The notes below the pieces were generated by a model, which saw nothing but the letters and a program-made list of their open reading frames with translations, searched no databases and was not told where the DNA came from. Shown here piece by piece: positions 7,444 through 15,095 of a stretch of DNA of 15,663 nucleotides. Each line of letters opens with the position of its first letter. The stretch's first letter is position 1. Both the position numbers and the translations under genes were made by a program. This stretch comes from Candidatus Zixiibacteriota bacterium. Its GTDB lineage: Bacteria; Zixibacteria; MSB-5A5; WJJR01. The stretch is taken from assembly GCA_036170655.1 (NCBI GenBank), contig JAVHPP010000054.1:1-15663 (forward strand), read 5' to 3'.

Positions 7444-8047
7444 GCTGGGCCTCCTCGGGATCATTGGTGGCGATGATCAACGCCAGATTACGCCGCGCCA
7501 GCGAAGACCAGACGCGATCGCTCCCCTCTTCGTCCAAATTGGCTGTTGGCTCGTCTAAAAGCAGAAGCGCGGGATCTTTGAGAAACGCGGCCGCATACTT
7601 CAGCCGCTGCTTCATGCCCGACGAGTACGTGGATACCATGTCGCTGCCCCTGTCGCTGAGTCCGATCTCATCGAGCATCGCCTGGGAATCTCCCGGTGTC
7701 TTCCCCCAGGCGCCGACCCGATTGGCAAATTCCAGATTCTCCAGCCCTGTCAATTCCTCGTACAGAGCCAGGTCGGGCGAGACCAGACCGAGGTAGCGGT
7801 ACCGCTCGGTGGCAGGGATGGGCGTGCCGTGACGTGAGTAGGTGACAGCGCCTGCGTCCGGACGGAGCAGCCCGGCGATTAGTTTCACGAGCGTGCTCTT
7901 GCCCGATCCATTCGGTCCGACGATGGCCAGTGATTCCCCTGTGGAAAGACGGATCAGCGCATCATGGCAGATCACATGCCGACCGAAGGCCTTGCAGAGT
8001 CCGGTGATATCGAGAGTGAATGCGGGGGCGCTCATTTGGGAGCTCAT
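7412..8047 (-). CDS. ccmA: Heme exporter ABC ATPase CcmA, about 211 aa
   Basis: Walker A GPNGSGKS; LYEELTGLENL; signature YSSGMKQR; Walker B/D-loop LLLLDEPTANLD; directly upstream of and overlapping ccmB. Start placed at ATG 8047 (AGGA upstream). Confidence 0.92.
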   Translation of the reverse strand: MSSQMSAPAFTLDITGLCKAFGRHVICHDALIRLSTGESLAIVGPNGSGKSTLVKLIAGLLRPDAGAVTYSRHGTPIPATERYRYLGLVSPDLALYEELTGLENLEFANRVGAWGKTPGDSQAMLDEIGLSDRGSDMVSTYSSGMKQRLKYAAAFLKDPALLLLDEPTANLDEEGSDRVWSSLARRNLALIIATNDPEEAQRAQSCFVAGQ

Positions 8048-8221
8048 TGCGATTCCTGGCGGCGGGCAGACCGGACGGCGCACCGGATAGCCACCGCCGG
8101 ATCATCGCCGCCAATCTACGCGGTTTGATGACGCGCGGAAATGGAAAGTGTGGAGGATCGCCGACGCCCGCCCGATGCGCTCTGCTGAGTCAGTCGGAAG
8201 CAGCAGCGAGGCGGTGCCAAA

Positions 8222-9718
8222 TCACACGGCCGCCGCAGCCAATGTGTGCCGTGATGGCTCGATCGGGAGATCGAGTCCCTTGCGTTTGATCAGCCAGTTG
8301 TGCAAACCCAGCGCCGCTGTCTTGGCTTGTCCCATGGCGAGAATGACCGTGGCGCCGCCGGTGATAACGTCGCCAGCCGCAAAGACGCCTTCCTTGGAGG
8401 TCATGCCACTGGCGGAATCCACCTGCACGACGCCCCGCCGATCCGTCTTGATTTCCGGGGTCGCCTCGGTAATCAACGGATTGACGCCGAAGCCCAACGC
8501 GAGAACCACCGTGTCAACGTCGAATATTTCTTCGGAACCGGGTATCGGTTCGGGGCGACGCCGGCCCGATTGATCGGGCTCGCCCAGACGCATGTGCTGG
8601 ATTTCGATCTGCTTGACGAAATAGTTTTCATTGCCAATGAAACGGGTCGGGGCGTTGAGCCAGTGGAACTCAACCCCTTCGGCGATGGCATGTTCCAACT
8701 CCTCGGTGCGTGCCGGCGCTTCGGCCCGTGTGCGGCGGTAGAAGAGGTACACCTTGTCGGGCCCGAGACGCAGTGACGTGCGCGCAGCATCCATCGCCGT
8801 GTTCCCAGCGCCAATCACCGCCACGCGCTTTCCGCAAAAGACAGGCGTGGCGCGTTCGGGGAACAGATCTGACCGCATGAGATTGAGACGCGTCAGAAAC
8901 TCATTGGCCGAGTAGACACCATTGAGATTCTCGCCCGGAAGTCCGGTGAACCAGGGCAGTCCGGCGCCGGTGCCGAGGAAGACCGCATCGAATCGTTCTT
9001 CTTCCAGCAACTCGTCGACCATCACGACCTTTCCCACAACGGCGTTGCAGATGATCTCGACGCCCATTTTCTCGAGGTATCCGATCTCGGATTCAATCAC
9101 GTCGCCGGGGAGACGGAAACGGGGAATCCCGTAGAACAGCACACCGCCGGGACGATGCAGCGCCTCGAAGATGGTCACCTTGTGCCCGCGCTTGGCCAGT
9201 TCGAATGCGGCCGTTAGGCCGGCCGGGCCGGATCCGACGATGGCGACTTTACAGCCGGTCGGCGGCGCAACCTTGGGATCGGCGACGTGCCCTGATGCCC
9301 GCTCCCAGTCGGCGGCAAATCGCTCGAGCATGCCGATCCCCAACGGTTTTCCCTTCTTGCCGATCACACAGTTGCCTTCACACTGCTCATCCTGGGGGCA
9401 GACACGGCCGCAGATTGCGGGCAGGACGTTGGTTTCTTTGATTTTTTCGGCGGCCTCGGCGAACCGGCCCTCGGAGATCAGGTGCACGAAACTGCGGATG
9501 TCGATCCGCACCGGACAGCCATCCATGCACGTCGGCTTGCGGCACTCCAGACAACGCGCCGCTTCCCGCATCGCGGCCTCTTCGTCGAGGCCGAGCGGTA
9601 CTTCATTGAAATTGTGCGATCGCACGTCAGGGGGCTGTTCCGGCATTACCTGACGGGTGATCTTCATCCGTTCTTTAAGAGGAAGTTTTTCGGGTGTGTC
9701 CATGAGGTCGGCCTTCAC
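8222..9718 (-). CDS. nfnB: NfnB/SudA-type large subunit of NADH-dependent reduced ferredoxin:NADP+ oxidoreductase (GltD-like; often auto-annotated as NADPH-dependent glutamate synthase)
   Basis: Fe-S motifs RCLECRKPTCMDGCP and CGRVCPQDEQCEGNC...LERF; FAD motif VAIVGSGPAGL; YGIPRFRLP; NADP-type motif VIGAGNTAMD...YRRT; VFAAGD...TVILAM. GTGA overlap with nfnA; no gltB in the window. Alternative start ATG 9703. Confidence 0.9.
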   Translation of the reverse strand: MKADLMDTPEKLPLKERMKITRQVMPEQPPDVRSHNFNEVPLGLDEEAAMREAARCLECRKPTCMDGCPVRIDIRSFVHLISEGRFAEAAEKIKETNVLPAICGRVCPQDEQCEGNCVIGKKGKPLGIGMLERFAADWERASGHVADPKVAPPTGCKVAIVGSGPAGLTAAFELAKRGHKVTIFEALHRPGGVLFYGIPRFRLPGDVIESEIGYLEKMGVEIICNAVVGKVVMVDELLEEERFDAVFLGTGAGLPWFTGLPGENLNGVYSANEFLTRLNLMRSDLFPERATPVFCGKRVAVIGAGNTAMDAARTSLRLGPDKVYLFYRRTRAEAPARTEELEHAIAEGVEFHWLNAPTRFIGNENYFVKQIEIQHMRLGEPDQSGRRRPEPIPGSEEIFDVDTVVLALGFGVNPLITEATPEIKTDRRGVVQVDSASGMTSKEGVFAAGDVITGGATVILAMGQAKTAALGLHNWLIKRKGLDLPIEPSRHTLAAAAV

Positions 9719-10560
9719 ATGTGCGCTTGCAGTTGCTTTTCCAGACGACAGAACAGATCCATCGCCTGCGCTTCCTGGGTCTTGTACATCTTTTGACGCA
9801 TCATCAATTCATCGTAATTCACCTGATGGCCGTCGAAATCGGGGCCGTCGTAACAGGCGAACTTTGTCTGTCCACCAACTGTCACCCGGCAGGCCCCGCA
9901 CATGCCGGTCCCGTCGACCATGATCGCGTTGAGCGAGACAAGTGTGGGGATCTTCCTAGGCCGGGTCATCTCGCTGACCGCGCGCATCATCGGCACTGGA
10001 CCGATGGCCAGAACCGCCCCGACCTGTTCCTTTTCAAGGATCTTTTCCAATGCGGCCGTGACGAAGCCTTCGATCCCCCGCGAGCCATCGTTTGTCGTGA
10101 TGTACACCTCATCGCAGACCTCGCGCATTTCATCTTCGAGCAGAACCAGCTCTTTGGTGCGCGCGCCGATGATCCCGATCGTCCGGCGCCCCTGCGATCT
10201 CGCCTCGAGCGCATTGGGCATGACCGCGCCCGCCCCATACCCGCCGCCGATTACGACCAGCGTGCCGTCCGGCGGAAAGTGCGTGCACCGGCCCAGAGGA
10301 CCAACGACATCCCTGATGGTATCGCCGGGGCCGAGTTTGATCAGCGTCTTGGTCGTGAAGCCGATCCCCTGCACAATAATCCGGAGAGTGCCCTCGGCTT
10401 CATCCCATCCCGACAATGACAGGGGAATGCGTTCCCCCTGCTCATCGAGGCGGACAATGACAAATTGCCCCGGCTTGACTTTCCGGGCAATCCACGGGGA
10501 CTCGATGTGGAACATCACAGTGTCGGGAGCGACGATTTTTTTGCGAACGATTCGATGCAT
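9715..10560 (-). CDS. nfnA: NfnA/SudB-type small subunit (FNR-like FAD/NAD domains plus [2Fe-2S]), 281 aa
   Basis: KPGQFVIVR...GERIPLS; DVVGPLG; VIGGGYG; AIGPVPMM; SLNAIMVDGTGMCGACRV...KFACYDGPDF, with Asp at the first cluster-ligand position as in NfnA rather than Cys as in PyrK. Confidence 0.92.
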   Translation of the reverse strand: MHRIVRKKIVAPDTVMFHIESPWIARKVKPGQFVIVRLDEQGERIPLSLSGWDEAEGTLRIIVQGIGFTTKTLIKLGPGDTIRDVVGPLGRCTHFPPDGTLVVIGGGYGAGAVMPNALEARSQGRRTIGIIGARTKELVLLEDEMREVCDEVYITTNDGSRGIEGFVTAALEKILEKEQVGAVLAIGPVPMMRAVSEMTRPRKIPTLVSLNAIMVDGTGMCGACRVTVGGQTKFACYDGPDFDGHQVNYDELMMRQKMYKTQEAQAMDLFCRLEKQLQAHM

Positions 10561-10587
10561 GGCGGGTTGTCCAATGAGGGTATGCGA

Positions 10588-10617
10588 CTTATATCGCGGC
10601 TCGTTTCAGTGGTGCAA
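10588..10617 (-). promoter_or_regulatory. Candidate sigma-70-type promoter for nfnAB
   Basis: Minus strand TTGCAC-N18-TATAAG ending 27 nt upstream of the nfnA ATG. Consensus match only. Confidence 0.4.
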
Positions 10618-10908
10618 GCGAACAGAAGAGCATCGGGACCAGCCACAACTCCTGATCCCCGGGACTCTCCCGAAAGGGAGAAGATACCTCCCCTCCTAAT
10701 TTCGTCAAGAATACTCCCGGATTTCACTCCGCGTTGAACGACTTTTTGACAATTATGGAGCTTGGGGTGACCTGCCGGGCGCGCCAGGGCTTGGGGCGTG
10801 TTGAAAAACCTGACGGACGGCCCATGCCTTGTGATATTACCCCCGCGAAAGGGCGTGCTGAAAAGAGACGCACAGCCAGAAGTTCCAAGGAATGGCCGCT
10901 CTCTTTTC

Positions 10909-10979
10909 GGGAGGGCGAAGCTCCTGCTGAGCCTCTTTGTCCATCGGGAAAAGAGGCTCGCCAGGATGCCCGCCCTCCC
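10909..10979. repeat. Second, more degenerate copy of the REPIN-like element
   Basis: Left arm GGGAGGGCGAAGCTCCTGCTGAGCCTCTTT (10909-10938) matches 1-25 at 22/25 positions over 10914-10938. Right arm AAAGAGGCTCGCCAGGATGCCCGCCCTCCC (10950-10979) is its imperfect inverse. Both copies end in CGCCCTCCCT. Confidence 0.85.
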
Positions 10980-11291
10980 TGGCAACACGCGGGCGTGTTG
11001 GCCGAATCGAGGGCTCTGCAATACGCCCGAAAACGGGGGTGTCTGGAATGGCGAGGAAGAAAATGGGTTCCCACAGCACCGAACTCCGTGCGAAAAGTGC
11101 CGGAATGTCCATCCTGCTGGTTGACTTGGAGAAGTGAAAACCGTTTTCTTTTTGCCCCCACGCGAGAGATCGCCTGCGTATGCGGTTGATATCACCGGGG
11201 GGAGATGACTACTGAATTCCAACTGGACTGACTGGCAACAGGAGCACACTCTGCCAAGAAAAGCAAGTTGCAAACCCTTAACAGGATGGAC

Positions 11292-14200
11292 ATGGACACA
11301 ACATCGCACGTTAAACACGCAGCGCCTTCAAATGACAGACAGCGTACACTGACGCTCGGATTGCCGGAGTTCACCGCCGCCGATCTGTTCATCCCCGCCC
11401 GGCTGTCGGATCTCACTGACGCCTTCCACCAGTACCTTCAGTCGCGTGATCGCGACTTGTGGGAGCGGTTTGACTCGTACAGGCGAGGGCAAGGGGAATC
11501 GCTTGATCCCGTGCGGGTCTCCAATCTGCTGGTGGCCGTCGCGAGCCACCTCGGCGCGTTTGTCACCCTGCTCTTTGGTCTCGAGCCAGACACGGCGCGC
11601 TTGCGTGAATGGACCGTCGAGCAAGCGCCGATTTTCCGATTCAAGAAGGAATTCCTTGTCCGCCGTGTTCTCCGGAAATACACCGAGGCACAGCAGGCCC
11701 AATTCGCTGAGCCCATCGACACCCGCGTGGCGCTGATGCGCGAGGTGTTTAACGGAATGCCGGTTCCCCAGGATGACGCGGAATTGGTCACGTCGCGTCT
11801 GGCGGTTTTCCTGATCGACAGCGAACAATCTCTGAAAAGCGCGTTTGCGGCCGGTCCGAAAGCGTCCGATCACCAGGCGACTGGCACCGTCCTTCAGACG
11901 GTGCGCGTCTTTGTTCAGTCTTTGCAGGCGCGGATGCCGGAGTGGGCTGCTCTCTCGCCGGTTCCCGGCAGCAGTGACCCGTCCACTTCGGACAACGATT
12001 CGAGGGCGCTGGGAATCCTCATCGACACGCTCGAACGGTGGACCGCAGCAGCGTATTATCAGGCTCAGGCCGATCATCACCGAGACGGGTGGGTGAGTTG
12101 GCGGCTGCCAGAGAAGGTCGATTTTGAGGCCGGCCTGGTCGCGCGCGAACATCCCGACGGCGGTCTGGACGGCGAGTGGGTAGGGCCGCCTTGGCGGCAC
12201 CGCCGGCGCGATGGGTTTGCCCTGACGGACCGTCGCCTGCCGCCGCTCCCTGTTCTCAGCGAAGTTGACTACTGCATCTTCTGCCATGAACGCGGCAAAG
12301 ATTCCTGCGCCAAGGGCCTGCATGAGAAGGACGGCAGCATTAAGTCCAATCCTCTGGGGGTATCCCTCGAAGGGTGTCCGCTCGGGGAGAGAATCTCGGA
12401 AGCGCATCTGCTGAAATCACGCGGCGATTCTCTGGCGGCCTTGGCCATGGTGATGATCGACAATCCCATGTGTCCAGGCACCGGCCACCGCATCTGCAAC
12501 GATTGCATGAAGTCCTGCATCTATCAGAAGCAGGAGCCGGTGAATATTCCGCAGATCGAAACGCGCATTCTGAACGATGTCCTGGAGATGCCGTGGGGAT
12601 TCGAGGTGTACTCGCTGTTGACACGCTGGAATCCGTTGAACGTGAAGCGGCCCCATGCGCTGCCCTACAATGGCAAGAATGTCTTGATTGTCGGCATGGG
12701 GCCGGCCGGATATACGCTGGCCCATCATCTCTTGAACGAAGGGTTTGGCATTGTCGGGATCGATGGCTTGAAGATCGAGCCGCTCCCGTCGCGGCTGACC
12801 GGCGCGGATGGCTCCCTCCCCGAGCCAATTCGTGACATCAACACAATTCGGAAGGGACTCGACCAACGCTTGCTGGCTGGATTCGGCGGAGTGTCCGAGT
12901 ATGGAATCACGGTCCGGTGGGACAAGAACTTCCTCACGGTGATTCATCTGGCGCTGGCGCGACGCGATCGTCTGCGCATCTATGGCGGCGTCCGCTTCGG
13001 TGGGACCCTCACAATTGAGGACGCATTCGACCGGTTCGGTTTCGATCACATCGCCATCGCGGCCGGAGCCGGCAAGCCGACGATCGTGACCATGAAAAAC
13101 AATCTCATCCGCGGAATTCGCATGGCGTCGGATTTCCTCATGGCTCTGCAACTGACCGGCGCGTTCAAGAAAGACGCTATGGCGAACTTGCAGGTCCGTC
13201 TGCCGGCGCTGGTGATCGGGGGCGGTCTGACCGCAATTGATACGGCGACCGAACTCTTTGCCTACTATCCGCTTCAGGTCGAAAAAATCCTGGAGCGGTA
13301 CGAGGTCATGACCAAAAAGTACGGAGACGAGTCATTCTGGTCCGGCGTTAGCGCCGAGAATCGCCTCATCCTCAGCGAATTCCTCGATCATGCCAGACAA
13401 ATCCGGACCGAACGCGAACGCGCCTCTCAAACCGGTGAACAGCCCGACATCTCGCGACTGGTGCGTTCCTGGGGCGGCGTCAAGATTATCTACCGCAAAG
13501 ACCTTGACGACTCTCCGGCCTATCGCCGCAACCACGAGGAAGTGATCAAAGCCTTCGAAGAGGGGATCGCGTTCATCGAGCGCATCAGCCCTGTAGAAGC
13601 GCTACGTGATGAGTTCGGCGCACTCCGCGGCGTGATCTGTAAACGTCAAAGCAAGACAGGCAGGCGCTGGTCTGACACCGGCGAGACACTCACGCTTCCC
13701 GCCCGATCCCTACTGATCGCAGCCGGCACGAGCCCGAATGTCATCTATGAGCGGGAGCACCCCGGCACTTTTGAATTCGACGAAGGAGGCCAGTTTTTTC
13801 AGCCCTACCGCGCAATCTACGATGACAAGGGAAGTGTCTCCTTTGCGAAGGGGACTAAAGACCAGCCGGGATTCTTTACATCATACCACCGTCATGGCCG
13901 TCACATCACGTTCTATGGCGACAATCATCCGAAGTACGCCGGGAATGTTGTCAAAGCGATGGCCTCGGCGAAGGACGGATTCCGGCACATCGTCAGACTT
14001 TTCGGTGATGATCTGAGCCGGGTTGACCCATCGCGCCAGCCGGAGCGTGAGCAGAATTGGCGGAGACTGGTGGGTTCTCTTGACGATGGCATGCAGCCTC
14101 GAGTCGAGCGGGTCGAACGGCTGACGCCGACGATCGTGGACGTCATCGTGCGCGCGCCGCAGGCTGTCCGTCAATTCCGTCCGGGGCAGTTCTACCGGCT

Positions 14201-15068
14201 GCAAAACTACGAGACCCACTCGCAACGGATTCAGGGAACACGGCTCACCATGGAAGGTATCGCGCTCACCGGCGCATGGGTGGATCAAAAGCGTGGTCTT
14301 CTCTCGATGATCGTTCTGGAAATGGGCGTTTCTTCGCGGCTCTGCGCGTACCTGCAGCCGGGTGAACCCGTGGTGGTAATGGGGCCGACCGGTGCGCCAA
14401 CCCAGATTCCCTCCGGCGAGACGGTGTTACTGGCCGGCGGCGGGCTGGGAAATGCGGTGTTATTCTCGATTGCCCAGGCGATGAAAGAGAATGGCAATCG
14501 CGTGATCTATTTTGCCGGATACAAAAAGGCGCAGGACCTCTTCAAGCAGGACGAGGTTGAACAGGGCACGGACAGTGTCGTGTGGGCCACCGACGTCGCT
14601 CCGGCGATCGTCCCGCGACGTGCACAGGATCGGTCCTTAGTCGGGAATATCGTCCAGGCCATGAACGCCTATGGACGCGGGCAGCTTGGCATACCGGCCA
14701 TCCCCCTCGATGCTGTCAATCGGATCATGGCCATTGGCTCCGACCGGATGATGAACGCGGTCCGCGAGGCCCGCCACACAGTCCTTGCTGATCTGCTGCC
14801 TCAAGGTCATATCGCGATCGGCTCGATCAACTCCACGATGCAGTGCATGATGAAAGAGATCTGCGCCCAGTGTTTGCAGATGCACGTCGACCCGGTGACC
14901 GGCGATCCGGCCGGACCCGTGTTTAGTTGTTTCAATCAAGACCAGCCACTTGACGAAGTTGATTTTGGGAATCTCAACGAACGGCTGAAGACAAACTCCG
15001 CGCTCGAATTCGTGGCGAACCGCTGGCTGGACCATCTGCTGAAAGAGAATCCGCTGGCGCATGTCTGA
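11292..15068 (+). CDS. Large Fe-S flavoprotein: unassigned N-terminal region + NfnB/GltD-like module + C-terminal NfnA/PyrK-like module in one chain, about 1258 aa
   Basis: YCIFCHERGKDSC...GCP...NPMCPGTGHRICNDCMKSC...QIE; IVGMGPAGY; EYGITVRW; VIGGGLTAID...IIYRK; then from about 14097 RLTPTIV...RPGQFYRLQ...MGPTG...LAGGGLG...AIGSDRMM...QCMMKEICAQC...FSC. No internal stop. Start placed at ATG 11292 (AGGA 5 nt upstream); ATG 11286 or TTG 11268 are alternatives. Confidence 0.9.
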   Translation: MDTTSHVKHAAPSNDRQRTLTLGLPEFTAADLFIPARLSDLTDAFHQYLQSRDRDLWERFDSYRRGQGESLDPVRVSNLLVAVASHLGAFVTLLFGLEPDTARLREWTVEQAPIFRFKKEFLVRRVLRKYTEAQQAQFAEPIDTRVALMREVFNGMPVPQDDAELVTSRLAVFLIDSEQSLKSAFAAGPKASDHQATGTVLQTVRVFVQSLQARMPEWAALSPVPGSSDPSTSDNDSRALGILIDTLERWTAAAYYQAQADHHRDGWVSWRLPEKVDFEAGLVAREHPDGGLDGEWVGPPWRHRRRDGFALTDRRLPPLPVLSEVDYCIFCHERGKDSCAKGLHEKDGSIKSNPLGVSLEGCPLGERISEAHLLKSRGDSLAALAMVMIDNPMCPGTGHRICNDCMKSCIYQKQEPVNIPQIETRILNDVLEMPWGFEVYSLLTRWNPLNVKRPHALPYNGKNVLIVGMGPAGYTLAHHLLNEGFGIVGIDGLKIEPLPSRLTGADGSLPEPIRDINTIRKGLDQRLLAGFGGVSEYGITVRWDKNFLTVIHLALARRDRLRIYGGVRFGGTLTIEDAFDRFGFDHIAIAAGAGKPTIVTMKNNLIRGIRMASDFLMALQLTGAFKKDAMANLQVRLPALVIGGGLTAIDTATELFAYYPLQVEKILERYEVMTKKYGDESFWSGVSAENRLILSEFLDHARQIRTERERASQTGEQPDISRLVRSWGGVKIIYRKDLDDSPAYRRNHEEVIKAFEEGIAFIERISPVEALRDEFGALRGVICKRQSKTGRRWSDTGETLTLPARSLLIAAGTSPNVIYEREHPGTFEFDEGGQFFQPYRAIYDDKGSVSFAKGTKDQPGFFTSYHRHGRHITFYGDNHPKYAGNVVKAMASAKDGFRHIVRLFGDDLSRVDPSRQPEREQNWRRLVGSLDDGMQPRVERVERLTPTIVDVIVRAPQAVRQFRPGQFYRLQNYETHSQRIQGTRLTMEGIALTGAWVDQKRGLLSMIVLEMGVSSRLCAYLQPGEPVVVMGPTGAPTQIPSGETVLLAGGGLGNAVLFSIAQAMKENGNRVIYFAGYKKAQDLFKQDEVEQGTDSVVWATDVAPAIVPRRAQDRSLVGNIVQAMNAYGRGQLGIPAIPLDAVNRIMAIGSDRMMNAVREARHTVLADLLPQGHIAIGSINSTMQCMMKEICAQCLQMHVDPVTGDPAGPVFSCFNQDQPLDEVDFGNLNERLKTNSALEFVANRWLDHLLKENPLAHV

Positions 15069-15095
15069 CGGGCAGCGGACAGGGAGATGTCATTG

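Noticed and set aside
8058..8113. GC-rich inverted and CCGGA repeats upstream of ccmA as a terminator or riboswitch
   Set aside because: Short matches expected at this GC content, no T-tract and no recognisable aptamer.
8222..9718. Annotation as glutamate synthase small subunit (gltD)
   Set aside because: No gltB in the window, and the gene is coupled to an NfnA-type partner with the DGTGMCGAC motif.
9715..10560. Annotation as dihydroorotate dehydrogenase electron-transfer subunit (pyrK)
   Set aside because: No pyrD adjacent, and the first cluster ligand is Asp rather than Cys.
10829..10846. Rex operator upstream of nfnAB
   Set aside because: Only a TTGTGA half-site is present; no TTCACAA-like partner at the required spacing.
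11076..11103. GCACCGAACTCCGTGC resembling a tracrRNA 3' hairpin
   Set aside because: Short chance similarity; no cas genes or repeat-spacer array in the window.
10515..11318. 267-aa minus-strand ORF and other ORFs spanning the divergent intergenic region
   Set aside because: They run through the REPIN and hairpins and show no recognisable motif; the 267-aa ORF also overlaps both flanking gene starts. Probably chance ORFs in GC-rich DNA.
11328..12407. 359-aa antisense ORF, and similar ones at 374-1138, 9721-10419, 9902-10699 and 12417-13151
   Set aside because: Shadow ORFs opposite well-supported genes, expected from high-GC codon bias.
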